Assembly (NCBI GenBank): GCA_041494685.1
Contig: JBGQBE010000013.1
Location: 1-64,000 of the forward strand
Direction: 5' to 3'
DNA from: Dehalococcoidia bacterium
Lineage (GTDB): Bacteria > Chloroflexota > Dehalococcoidia > DSTF01 > JACRBR01
Length of the DNA stretch: 64,000 nucleotides
The notes beneath the pieces are model-generated. The model had not been told where the DNA came from, ran no database searches, and saw nothing but the letters and a program-made list of their open reading frames with translations. Positions 1-9,100 of this stretch are shown one piece after another (within the stretch, counting starts at the first letter, position 1; each line of letters starts with the position of its first letter). The translations under genes were made by a program, and so were the position numbers.

Positions 1-537
1 GCCTCACACAACCCGGCGGGGCACTCGGCGCGCGTGCAGATCGGCCCGGAGGCCGGCGACGACGGCACGCATGCCGCGGGATTCGCTCAGAAGCTCCAGA
101 CCGATTCGTTTCCGGAGTTCGTCTCCGGCTCCTATCGCGTCGACGCGTGGCAGCCTGGCGACGCGCTCCAGTACGTCGAGTTCGCGGTGACCGTCAAGGG
201 AGGAGACTTCGATGACGGGCTGGATATGCACGTCACGCGATTCCTCATCGCCGGCGCGGCGAGGGAGCCCCTGGGGGATCCGACGACCCGGTACACGTTC
301 CTGAGCCGCGCAGCGCCGCCACTCAAGCGCTGGACGTACTTCTCATACCCCGTGCGGGAAGCCTTCCTGGTCAAGTTCGGCAAGGCGCCCACGCGCTGGG
401 ATGCGTTGGATATCCGCTTCGACGTGCGCTACGACGATCGGGCCGCCGGTCAGCCAACCCCGGCGGCCGACGTCTCGTTCGACGACTTGTTCGCGGGCAA
501 ACAGCAGGCCAACCCGAACCGGCCGCCTGACCCCTAA
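1..537 (+). CDS. Partial (5'-truncated) hypothetical protein, beta-rich, possibly a CBM-like jelly-roll
   Basis: Frame is open from base 1 to TAA at 535-537; beta-strand pattern ends ...ADVSFDDL; no family recognised. Confidence 0.6.
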   Translation, partial: ASHNPAGHSARVQIGPEAGDDGTHAAGFAQKLQTDSFPEFVSGSYRVDAWQPGDALQYVEFAVTVKGGDFDDGLDMHVTRFLIAGAAREPLGDPTTRYTFLSRAAPPLKRWTYFSYPVREAFLVKFGKAPTRWDALDIRFDVRYDDRAAGQPTPAADVSFDDLFAGKQQANPNRPPDP

Positions 538-613
538 TCGAAGTGGCTTGCAGGATTCCTGACCTACTCGCTAGACTTTCCGCAGTCCCATCAACACACG
601 AGGAGCCACCGCA

Positions 614-940
614 TTGCCTACGTACGAGTACCTCTGCTCAGCCTGCGGCCAGCGCTACGACAAGCGCGAGGGCTTCGACGCCAAGCCGCGTCAGAAGTGC
701 CAGTTCTGCGGGAAGCAAGCGAACCGCGTCCTTCACGCGCCGCCGGTCGTCTTCAAGGGCAGCGGCTTCTACAAGACGGACAGCCGCGGCAGCAGCAGCG
801 CTACCGCCGATAGCAGCACGCCCGCGACGCCCGCCGTCGCCGCCGATGACCACGGTCACGCACACGGCCCGGGCGGCGATTCGCACGATTCGCCAGCAGC
901 CCCGGACACGACAGCCACTGAATCCGCCGCCGCGGGCTAA
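614..940 (+). CDS. FmdB-family zinc-ribbon protein with a His-rich tail
   Basis: [12 protein letters not shown]...CQFCG...[12 protein letters not shown] signature; TTG start after AGGAG at 601-605. Confidence 0.88.
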   Translation: MPTYEYLCSACGQRYDKREGFDAKPRQKCQFCGKQANRVLHAPPVVFKGSGFYKTDSRGSSSATADSSTPATPAVAADDHGHAHGPGGDSHDSPAAPDTTATESAAAG

Positions 941-944
941 GCGC

Positions 945-1406
945 GTGCGCGTCGTCGTCCAGCGCGTCAGCAGTGCGAGCGTTACCGTCGGCGGGGAAAT
1001 TGTCGGCTCCATCGGAAGGGGCCTCGTGCTGCTCGCCGGCATCGCGCAGGGTGACGACGCGGCCACGGTTCGTCGCTTGGCGACGAAGTGCGCCCAACTG
1101 CGGCTGTTCCCTGATGACGGCGGGAAGTTCGACCGTTCGCTGCTCGATATCGGTGGCGAAGCACTGGTTGTCTCGCAGTTCACCTTGCTTGCCGACTCGC
1201 GCAAGGGCCGCCGGCCGAGTTTCACGGCGGCGGCGGAGCCCGCCGAGGCCGCGCCGCTCGTCGAGGCATTCGCGGACGCGCTGCGGGCTGCCGGCGTGCA
1301 AGTTGCCACGGGCCGCTTTGGCGCGATGATGCAGGTTGAATCGATCAACGACGGGCCCGTGACGGTCATCCTCGACAGTGCGGAGCTCGATCGCCCGCGC
1401 CGCTGA
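945..1406 (+). CDS. dtd: D-aminoacyl-tRNA deacylase
   Basis: MRVVVQRV, VVSQFTL, KGRRPSF, GRFGAMM (Gly-Ala variant), NDGPVT; true start is GTG at 945 inside the 543..1406 ORF. Confidence 0.95.
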   Translation: MRVVVQRVSSASVTVGGEIVGSIGRGLVLLAGIAQGDDAATVRRLATKCAQLRLFPDDGGKFDRSLLDIGGEALVVSQFTLLADSRKGRRPSFTAAAEPAEAAPLVEAFADALRAAGVQVATGRFGAMMQVESINDGPVTVILDSAELDRPRR

Positions 1407-1409
1407 GGT

Positions 1410-1952
1410 TCAGTCGGGCGACTGGACGAGCGATTCGCCGCGGCCGTACGCCTCCATCACGAGATCCGCGGTCTGCTGCGCGGTGAGCGACGTGTTGTCG
1501 ATCGTTACGCCGGCGAACGAGCCCCAGGCGCGGAACATCTCGTATCCCTGGAGCAGCAGGTGCGACGGGACGCGGACGATGTCCTCGCGCGCGGCTCCCC
1601 GTTCGACGATAGCGTCGGCAGATGGCGCCAGCAGCACGAAATGCACCGGGACGCGGGCGATGGCGAGTTCGCGCAGGTACTCCGGCAGAAGATGCGGGCC
1701 GATCACGTCGTCCATGAACACGCCGAACATCTCCTCGGCGTACGCGCTGGCAGCGCGCGCGGCGGCGCGGCTGACCATGTGGTTCTGGCGGTCAGACTCC
1801 GGCTTCCACGGGCTGATCAACCCCATGCGGATGGCGGCGAAGAACTGGTCGGTCTCGATGTGGACGGTGCGGTCGTAACGCTCGCAGAGCGCCCGGGCGA
1901 CGCTGCTCTTGCCGGCGCCGGGAGGGCCGGAGATGATGACGATCTGCGACAT
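1410..1952 (-). CDS. P-loop kinase/ATPase (AAA_33-like small-molecule kinase)
   Basis: MSQIVIISGPPGAGKSS Walker A; ATG overlaps the nadC stop (TGATG). Confidence 0.8.
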   Translation of the reverse strand: MSQIVIISGPPGAGKSSVARALCERYDRTVHIETDQFFAAIRMGLISPWKPESDRQNHMVSRAAARAASAYAEEMFGVFMDDVIGPHLLPEYLRELAIARVPVHFVLLAPSADAIVERGAAREDIVRVPSHLLLQGYEMFRAWGSFAGVTIDNTSLTAQQTADLVMEAYGRGESLVQSPD

Positions 1953-2824
1953 CAGACCGCCCCGATCTCCAGGCTGATATCCATCGCGGGGGCGGAGTGC
2001 GTGATGCGGCCGACCGAAACGAAATCTACGCCGGTTTCGGCGACGGCGCGCACCGTCTCGATCGAGATGCCGCCCGATGCCTCCAGCACCGCGCGCCCCG
2101 CGGTGATCTCGACGCATTGCCGGATCTCGTCGGGGCGCATGTTGTCGAGCAGGATGATGTCGGGGCGGCCCTCCAGTGCCTCGCGCAACTGCTCCACGCT
2201 CGTGACCTCGATCTCGATCCGCAGCGTATGCGGCGCCTGGTTACGGGCCTGCGTCACAACGGCCTCAAGATCCTCCAGACCTCCGAGTCGCGCCGCCACG
2301 ATATGGTTGTCCTTGATCAACACGCCGGACGACAGGTTGAAGCGGTGGCTGAGACCGCCCCCCGCGCGCACGGCGTACTTCTCGAAGTGCCGCAGGCCGG
2401 GCGTCGTCTTGCGTGTGTCGAGGATACGCGCCTTCGTGTGGGCCACGGCCGCGACGTATTCGCGGGTGAGTGACGCGATGCCGCTGAGGCGCTGCAGGTA
2501 ATTCAGCGCGACCCGTTCGCACGCCAGGATCGCCACAAGCGGCCCCTCCACTTCGGCGAGTTCTTCGCCCGGCGCGACGCGGAGACCGTCCTCGACGAGC
2601 GTATCGAAGGACACCTGGTCATCGATCGCCGTCATGGCGGCCGCGGCGATGGGCAGGCCGGCGATGACGCCGTCGTCCTTCGCGATGAAATGCCCGTGCC
2701 CCCACTGATCGGGCCGGACGAGCGCCCGCGTCGTGACGTCGTCGAACGCCCCGTCCTCCTCGAGCGCGGCGAAGACGAGGTCGTCGATGAGATTCGGGGA
2801 GAGGGGCTGAAGCGGTTGAGGCAT
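1952..2824 (-). CDS. nadC: Nicotinate-nucleotide pyrophosphorylase (quinolinate phosphoribosyltransferase)
   Basis: ERVALNYLQRLSGIAS, DTRKTTPG, HRFNL, IKDNH, LLDNM, EASGGI; start at 2824 or 2839. Confidence 0.97.
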   Translation of the reverse strand: MPQPLQPLSPNLIDDLVFAALEEDGAFDDVTTRALVRPDQWGHGHFIAKDDGVIAGLPIAAAAMTAIDDQVSFDTLVEDGLRVAPGEELAEVEGPLVAILACERVALNYLQRLSGIASLTREYVAAVAHTKARILDTRKTTPGLRHFEKYAVRAGGGLSHRFNLSSGVLIKDNHIVAARLGGLEDLEAVVTQARNQAPHTLRIEIEVTSVEQLREALEGRPDIILLDNMRPDEIRQCVEITAGRAVLEASGGISIETVRAVAETGVDFVSVGRITHSAPAMDISLEIGAV

Positions 2825-2873
2825 GCTGGGGTGTCCCATCCTTGCTGGTGGATCTGCTCGATGCAGGCGCGGC

Positions 2874-4418
2874 TCACATCGGCGAGGCGCCCTGGCGGAA
2901 GGTGATGTGACGGCGCCACTCGTCGCGCGGTGACGGAAAGTCCGTCCGGTAGTGAGCGCCGCGGCTCTCCTCGCGGATCAGCGCCGCCTCCGCGACCATG
3001 CGTGCCGCGAGGATCATGTTCGCCAGCTCGTGCGACGGACGGTCGCTCGGGACTGGCAACGCCGCCTTCCAGGCTGATAGCTGGCGGGTCGCCGCGGCCA
3101 GTCCGGCGCCGTCGCGGACGATCCCCACCTTATCCCACATCAGACCCTGGAGCGAAGCGCGATCGGCAGAACTGCTCCCTTCATCGGCGAGCGGAGGCAG
3201 TGCGCGCGCATCATCCATCGGCGTGGCTGCGCCGCCCGGAGCTTCGACGCTGCGCTGCACGATGCGCTTTGCGAAGACGACCGTCTCGAGGAGCGAATTG
3301 CTTGCCAGCCGGTTCGCCCCGTGGACCCCGGTGCAAGCGCACTCACCGCACGCGTACAGCGACGGGATCGTGGTCTCGCCCCAGGTATTCGTGCGGACAC
3401 CGCCCATCGTGTAGTGCGCCGCCGGCGACACTGGCACCGGCTCCTTCGTCATGTCGACGCCGTGATCCAGGCAGTAGCGGTAGATCTGCGGGAAGCGGGC
3501 GGTCACCCGGTCGGCGGGCAGGTGCGTGATATCCAGGTAGACGCGATCCGTGCCGGTACGCTGCATCTCGCTGACGATGGCGCGGGCGACGATATCGCGC
3601 GGCGCGAGTTCGGCTTTTTCGTGGTATCCGGGCATGAACCGATCGCCGGCGGCGTTGCGGAGGATGCCGCCCTCGCCGCGCACAGCTTCGGAGACCAGGA
3701 AGACCGGCACGCCGGGAAGCCGCAGCGCAGTCGGGTGGAACTGGATGAACTCCATGTCCTGCACCTCGGCGCCGGCCTGATAGGCCACCGCGACGCCGTC
3801 GCCGGTCGCGACGTCCGGGTTCGTGCTGACCCGGAAGAGCTGGCCGCAGCCGCCGGTCGCCAGCACGACCGCGCCCGCGTCGAAGCGCTCGGTGGTGTTC
3901 GATCGCGTATCGAGCGCGGCCAGTCCGACGGCGCGCCCGTTCTCGACGATGATCTCGTCGACCTGGACGTGCTCCTTGATGGTGATCCGCGACATGCGCG
4001 CAAGGCCGCTGAGCGAGATCTCGATGTGGGCGCCGGTAGAGTCGCCGCCGGCGTGCAGGATGCGATTTCGGCTGTGCGCTGCCTCGCGCCCGAGCGCCAC
4101 CTCGCCGTCGGTGCTGTCGAACGGCACGCCGAAGTTCACGAGGTCGTGGATGCGGTCCGCCGCCGCCTCTACGAGGATGCGCGCCGCCTCCGGATCCACG
4201 AGGCCCGCGCCCGCGTCGAGCGTGTCCTGCAGGTGCAGTGCCGGGTCGTCGTCGGCGCCCACAGCCGCGGCGATGCCGCCCTGCGCGTACTTCGTGTTGC
4301 ATTCGTCGATGCTGCCCTTGGTGAGCACGCACACCGAGCCGTGCTGGCGAGCGAGCAGGGCGGCGTAGAGCCCGGCGATCCCTGAGCCAACGATGACGTA
4401 ATCGAAGCGCTGTGCCAT
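2874..4418 (-). CDS. nadB: L-aspartate oxidase
   Basis: GSGIAGL, AQGGIAA, REAAHS, QFHPT, SEAVRGEG, AHYTMGG, GVHGANRLASNSLLE, ESRGAH. Confidence 0.97.
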   Translation of the reverse strand: MAQRFDYVIVGSGIAGLYAALLARQHGSVCVLTKGSIDECNTKYAQGGIAAAVGADDDPALHLQDTLDAGAGLVDPEAARILVEAAADRIHDLVNFGVPFDSTDGEVALGREAAHSRNRILHAGGDSTGAHIEISLSGLARMSRITIKEHVQVDEIIVENGRAVGLAALDTRSNTTERFDAGAVVLATGGCGQLFRVSTNPDVATGDGVAVAYQAGAEVQDMEFIQFHPTALRLPGVPVFLVSEAVRGEGGILRNAAGDRFMPGYHEKAELAPRDIVARAIVSEMQRTGTDRVYLDITHLPADRVTARFPQIYRYCLDHGVDMTKEPVPVSPAAHYTMGGVRTNTWGETTIPSLYACGECACTGVHGANRLASNSLLETVVFAKRIVQRSVEAPGGAATPMDDARALPPLADEGSSSADRASLQGLMWDKVGIVRDGAGLAAATRQLSAWKAALPVPSDRPSHELANMILAARMVAEAALIREESRGAHYRTDFPSPRDEWRRHITFRQGASPM

Positions 4419-4432
4419 GCGACCCTGCCCAT

Positions 4433-4483
4433 CCGCTGAGTTAGTGTCACACATACACTAACTCAGCGGGTAGCACCGGTCAA
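4433..4483 (-). promoter_or_regulatory. sigma70-type promoter of nadB-nadC overlapped by a 21-bp NrtR-type operator inside a 37-bp inverted repeat
   Basis: Minus strand TTGACC (4483-4478), N17, TAGTGT (4460-4455); palindrome TTAGTGT-CACACAT-ACACTAA at 4441-4461 has a GT-N7-AC core; arms extend to 15 bp (4433-4469). Confidence 0.75.
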
Positions 4484-4511
4484 CAGCGATACTACCGCGA
4501 CTGGCGGGTGG

Positions 4512-5198
4512 CTACTGGCTGCCGTAATACTGCCTGCACGACGTGCGGCCGAAGTGCGACTCGCCGGCCAGCCCCAGGAAGCAGTCGGCGAGGTTCGGGT
4601 CTGTCGCGACCAGCGCGGCCGAGGTGCAATCGGCCTGGCCGGCGCCGGTGGTCGCGGTGCCCGAGATGATGTCGTTGACGCAGTTCCGGATACGTACGTC
4701 GAAGTTCCCGGCGCCGCTCACGATCGACTGGCAGGCATCGAGGCCCGTCGACGTCAGCCCGACCATGAAGCCGACGCACGTCGCCATCGGCGGCTTTACG
4801 GGCGTCGGCGGCGGCGGCACGGGTGTCGCGGTGGGGGGCGCGGGTGGCGGCGGAGCGGGTGGTGCGGACGGAGGCGCTGGCGGCGAGGTCGGCGCAGGGG
4901 GCGGGGCCTGCGATGGCGCCTGCGGCGGCGCAGCGACCTGCGGCTGCTGTCGCGGGGCGGCTGGCGTGGGCGGCTGCGCCTGCATCGTGGCCACGGCCAC
5001 GATGTACGTCTGCGCCCGCTGCGTGGCGACCGCGACGACGTACGCCTGCTGCTCGGGCGTCAGCTTGACCGCGTTCGATTGGTTCGGCCTGATGACCACG
5101 ACCCAGGCGATAGCGCCGATCACGGTCAGCGTCAGCGCGATGATGCCGAGCGTCTCGAGTACGCTCTCGCCGCGCTCGCCGAATCTGTTCCTGCGCAT
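4512..5198 (-). CDS. Membrane-anchored protein with a class III (pilin/TadE-like) signal, Pro-rich linker and six-Cys C-terminal domain
   Basis: MRRNRFGERG/ESVLETLGIIALTLTVIGAIAWVVVI (Gly at -1, Glu at +5, hydrophobic helix); P-rich stretch; three Cys pairs. Confidence 0.7.
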   Translation of the reverse strand: MRRNRFGERGESVLETLGIIALTLTVIGAIAWVVVIRPNQSNAVKLTPEQQAYVVAVATQRAQTYIVAVATMQAQPPTPAAPRQQPQVAAPPQAPSQAPPPAPTSPPAPPSAPPAPPPPAPPTATPVPPPPTPVKPPMATCVGFMVGLTSTGLDACQSIVSGAGNFDVRIRNCVNDIISGTATTGAGQADCTSAALVATDPNLADCFLGLAGESHFGRTSCRQYYGSQ

Positions 5199-5360
5199 GG
5201 TACGGCCCCCCGGACGCGGCGCCGCCGCCGCTGCCGCTCTATGGAGATCATCGGCAGTCGGCTCGATCGCAGTAGCGGGAGTTCGCGTGTTCCGGGCGGC
5301 CAACGCGGCCCTGCCAGATTCGGAAGGGCCGCTTCTCGGTATGACTCAATGCGCCGGGTT

Positions 5361-7202
5361 CTACTCCACGGTCACGGTCTTGGCCAGGTTGCGCGGCTGG
5401 TCCACGTCGCAGCCGCGCCTCACGGCGATGTGATACGACAGCAGTTGCATCGGGATCGCGCTGAGGATCGGATAGAGCAGGGGCGTCGTGCGAGGCAGCG
5501 CCAGGACGCCGTCGCACTTCCCTGATATCTCCGTATCGCCCTCGGTGACGATGCCGTAGACCATGCCGTCGCGAGCGCGCACCTGCTCGATGTTCGAGAG
5601 CATCTTGTCGCGCGATCCGTCGTCGAGCGCTATCGCGACGACGGGCATGTTGCGGTCAATCAGCGCGATCGGACCGTGCTTCATCTCGCCGGCCGGGTAT
5701 CCCTCGGCGTGGATGTAGCTCACCTCCTTCAGCTTCAGTGCGCCTTCCATCGCCATGGGGTACTGCAGGCCTCGCGCGAGGAAGAGGAAGTTCTGGCTCG
5801 ATGCCACCTTCGCGGCAATCCGTGCGATCTCTGCGTCGAGCTTCAGCACTTCGCCGACGAGCCCCGGGACGTGCGCCAGATCGCCGATCAGTTCGGCCAT
5901 CTGCGCGTCATCGACCGCACCCCGGACGCGGCCGACGTAGCACGCCAGCAGGTACAGCGCCGTGATAGATGCCGTGAGCGTCTTCGTGCTCGCGACGGCG
6001 ACTTCCGGGCCGCAGCGCGTGAGCACGAAGCCGTCGGCGACCCGCGTCGTCTGCGCGCCGGGCGTGTTGCAGATCGTGATCTGCGGCGCGCCCCGCCGCC
6101 TGGCGTCCGCCATCGCTTCGAGCGTGTCCACGGTCTCGCCTGATTGCGCGACCGACACGACAAGCGTGTCCGGGCCGATCAGCGCGTCGCGGTAGCGGAA
6201 CTCCGACGAATTGTCGACCTCCGCCGGCATGCCAGCGATGCGCTCGAAGTAGGTCCGTCCGACGAGGGCCGCGTGCATGCTCGTGCCCATGCCGATCAGC
6301 ACGACGCGTGTCACGGAGCGCAACACGTCGTCGCTGAGCTTGAGGTCGGGCAGCTCCACGCCGGGCGGATCGAAGATGGCGCGGCCACGGAACGTATCCA
6401 CGAGGCACTCCGGCTGCTCCATGATCTCCTTGAGCATGAAGTGCTTGTAGGCGCCCTTCGCCGCCGACATGGCGTCGAACGGCACGAACTGCGGCGCCTT
6501 GGCGATCGCCTCTCCCGCGAAGCTGACGTAGCGCGCGCCGGCCGGCGTCACGCAGGCGATCTCGCCGTCCGCCAGGAATGCCACGCGCTGCGTCTCCGGC
6601 AGCACCGCGGCGAGGTCGCTCGATACGAACATCTCCGCGTCGCCGTAGCCGACGACCACGCCGCCGGCGTTGCCGACGCGGGCCGCGAGGATCGTGCCCG
6701 GCTCACGGGCGGCCATCACGACGATCGCGTGCGCGCCGCGTAGGCGGGCGATCGTCTGCTGAAGGGCGCCGAGGAGATCGCCGCCCTCGCTGAGATACGC
6801 CTCGATAAGATGGGGGATTGCCTCGGTGTCGGTCTCAGAGCGCAATTCGTGGCCGCGCGCCTTCAACTCCGCGCGCAGCTCCAGGTAGTTCTCGACGATG
6901 CCGTTGTGGATGACTACGACGCCGCCGCTGCAGTCGCAGTGGGGATGGGCGTTGTCCGTCGTGGGCTTGCCGTGCGTGGCCCAGCGCGTATGGCCGATGC
7001 CCGTGCTGCCGGCCGGGTACACGCCCTCCAGCCCCGTACGGAGCGCCGATAGCTTGCCGGCACCCTTCGTGATGCTGATGACGCTGCCGTCCAGCACGGC
7101 GATGCCTGCGCTGTCGTAGCCGCGGTATTCGAGCCGCTGCAGGCCGTCCAGCAGCAGCGGCGCGGCGTCGCGCTCGCCCGTATAGCCGATGATGCCGCAC
7201 AT
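5361..7202 (-). CDS. glmS: Glutamine--fructose-6-phosphate aminotransferase (isomerizing)
   Basis: MCGIIG, LEYRGYDSAG, GHTRWATHG, HNGIVENY, QSGET, EGALKLKE, PRNLAKTVTVE. Confidence 0.98.
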   Translation of the reverse strand: MCGIIGYTGERDAAPLLLDGLQRLEYRGYDSAGIAVLDGSVISITKGAGKLSALRTGLEGVYPAGSTGIGHTRWATHGKPTTDNAHPHCDCSGGVVVIHNGIVENYLELRAELKARGHELRSETDTEAIPHLIEAYLSEGGDLLGALQQTIARLRGAHAIVVMAAREPGTILAARVGNAGGVVVGYGDAEMFVSSDLAAVLPETQRVAFLADGEIACVTPAGARYVSFAGEAIAKAPQFVPFDAMSAAKGAYKHFMLKEIMEQPECLVDTFRGRAIFDPPGVELPDLKLSDDVLRSVTRVVLIGMGTSMHAALVGRTYFERIAGMPAEVDNSSEFRYRDALIGPDTLVVSVAQSGETVDTLEAMADARRRGAPQITICNTPGAQTTRVADGFVLTRCGPEVAVASTKTLTASITALYLLACYVGRVRGAVDDAQMAELIGDLAHVPGLVGEVLKLDAEIARIAAKVASSQNFLFLARGLQYPMAMEGALKLKEVSYIHAEGYPAGEMKHGPIALIDRNMPVVAIALDDGSRDKMLSNIEQVRARDGMVYGIVTEGDTEISGKCDGVLALPRTTPLLYPILSAIPMQLLSYHIAVRRGCDVDQPRNLAKTVTVE

Positions 7203-7388
7203 CAGCGCACCCCCGTGGCTGCGGCGATGGCGGCTGGTCCCAGGTAGTGTTCGAATCGCATGCAGACTCCCTGCGCGCCATCACGGCGCGCGCACTGGCG
7301 GCGCACGCATCGTGCGTGCGCCCGTTCTTGCGGGATGTGGGTCTGCGATGAGGCAGGGGATCGCGGCCCCGTGAGGGACCGGCGCACG

Positions 7389-7526
7389 CTGGGAGGTCTC
7401 TGTCGGGTGCTCGCGCACCGCGTTTTACCTCGCCCATGACGGTTGTGCGTACCGAGAGGCCATCCGCCGAATATTTCGATCGACCTCTTCCTCGTCACCC
7501 GGCTTGATGCCGGGCCTGGCGCTTGT
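7389..7526 (-). ncRNA. glmS ribozyme (GlcN6P-activated self-cleaving riboswitch)
   Basis: Minus strand AAGCGCCAGG-CCCGGC/GCCGGG-TGACGAGGAAGAGGTCGATCGAAATATTCGGCGGATGGCCTCTCGGT...AACCG...AAAAC-stem(GCGA loop)-ACAGAG; matches the conserved core; lies upstream of glmS; predicted cleavage A7523/G7522. Confidence 0.93.
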
Positions 7527-7554
7527 ATTCGTGCCGCTGCTCGCGGCCGCCCCG

Positions 7555-9084
7555 TTACCTCGCCGCTGCCGGTGCACCTCCTCGTACTGCGTCGAAATCC
7601 ACCCAGGCCTTGCCGTTCGTCGTCGCGGCCACGGTGGCGCCGGTCACGTCGGATTCTAGCGGGTCGCGGACGATTTGCAAGACCTCGCGCAGCGTGGACG
7701 CGAACGCGAGCGGCACGCCGAGTTCGCGCTGAAGCTCCCCAGGCGTGCCGTCGTCGAGGAAGCGCTGGCCGGTGTAGTCGAGCGCGTAGCGCGGCAGCAC
7801 CGCCAGGTCGCCGAGGTCGCGTCCGCGCAACTGCGCTGCCAGGTCGCCGGCGACGAGCAGGCCGCTGACGTTCACGCGCGGCCCAAAGAACCGGTTCTCC
7901 ATCGCGTGCACGCTTACCCGCACACCGGTCGCTGCCTCGAACTCCGGTGCCAGGCGCTCGAGCGTCGGCGCGATGAGCGTCGCGCAGACGATGCTGACGT
8001 GCCGCACGCCACCGCTCGACAACGGTATCGCACGCTGCCCGGCGGAGCGCCGCTCGCGCGCGAGCCCCTGGCGGCCGAGCCGGCGGCTTTCGGCGCCGCG
8101 CCGCGCTTGGCGCCAGTCGTCGATTAGCGAGCGGGTCATGCCGATGCCGTTCTCGTACTGCGCGAAGCCGTCGTAGTGGGCCGCGCCCGGCGGTTCTGCG
8201 CCCGCGATGAGGTAGTACTCGTCGGCGAGATACACGAGCGTGCGTCCGTGCTGCTTGCGGAAGCGCCGCTGGTACGGCGCGACGAGCGCCTGCACGGCGC
8301 GCGCGTGTGCCGGCGTGCAGCCCTCGATCTCGGCCGCGTGCGCGCCGCGCTCGATGCGCCCCTCCGCCACGTCGGTCGCACCCACCGGCACGATGCTGAT
8401 CGTCTGCACCGTGGGATAGAGCGCCGAGAGATCGTCGATCGTGTGTGCAAGGGCCGCGCCGTCGTTGACGCCGGGGCAGAGCACCACCTGCGTGTTCGCC
8501 TGGATGCCGAGCGCGCCGAGCCGGCGCAACTGCTCGCAGATGTCGGGCGCGGTGCGGTTGCCGAGCATGTACCGGCGCAGCTCCGGCTCGGTCGCGTGCA
8601 CGGACACATTGATCGGCGACAGCCGCTGCTCTTCCAGCCGCGCCCAGTCGTCCTCCGTGAGGTTCGTGAGCGTGACGAAGTTGCCGTGGAAGAAGCTCAG
8701 CCGGTAGTCGTCGTCTTTGACGTACAGCGTCTTCCGCAGGCCCTTCGGATTGCCCTTGAGGAAGCAGAAGAAGCAGGAGTTGTTGCAGATCTTCACGCCA
8801 TCGAAGGCGGCGTCCTGGAAGTCGATGCCGAGATCCTCGTCGGGATGCTTCTCGATCTCGATGATCTGCGCCTCGCCGCCGCGCACGACCTCGATCGCGA
8901 TCACATCCTCCGCGGCGTAGTACTGGAAGTCGACGGCGTCGCGCAGCGGGTGACCGTCGATCGCCGTGACGCGGTCGCCCGGCTGCAGCCCGATCTCCCG
9001 GGCGATGCTGTCCGGACGGACGGCGTCGATCACGCCGCCCTCGGGCGCGTTGCGGCGGCGCGGCGGGCGTGCGACTTCGGTCAT
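7555..9084 (-). CDS. PDZ + DUF512 radical-SAM-like Fe-S protein
   Basis: N-terminal PDZ-like segment; CNNSCFFC (CxxxCxxC); LYVKDDDYRLSF; YLADEYY; QYENGIG. Confidence 0.9.
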   Translation of the reverse strand: MTEVARPPRRRNAPEGGVIDAVRPDSIAREIGLQPGDRVTAIDGHPLRDAVDFQYYAAEDVIAIEVVRGGEAQIIEIEKHPDEDLGIDFQDAAFDGVKICNNSCFFCFLKGNPKGLRKTLYVKDDDYRLSFFHGNFVTLTNLTEDDWARLEEQRLSPINVSVHATEPELRRYMLGNRTAPDICEQLRRLGALGIQANTQVVLCPGVNDGAALAHTIDDLSALYPTVQTISIVPVGATDVAEGRIERGAHAAEIEGCTPAHARAVQALVAPYQRRFRKQHGRTLVYLADEYYLIAGAEPPGAAHYDGFAQYENGIGMTRSLIDDWRQARRGAESRRLGRQGLARERRSAGQRAIPLSSGGVRHVSIVCATLIAPTLERLAPEFEAATGVRVSVHAMENRFFGPRVNVSGLLVAGDLAAQLRGRDLGDLAVLPRYALDYTGQRFLDDGTPGELQRELGVPLAFASTLREVLQIVRDPLESDVTGATVAATTNGKAWVDFDAVRGGAPAAAR

Positions 9085-9100
9085 GGCAGTGGTGCGCCGG

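Noticed and set aside
7202..7498. 98-aa ORF upstream of glmS
   Set aside because: Overlaps the ribozyme core; no protein-like features
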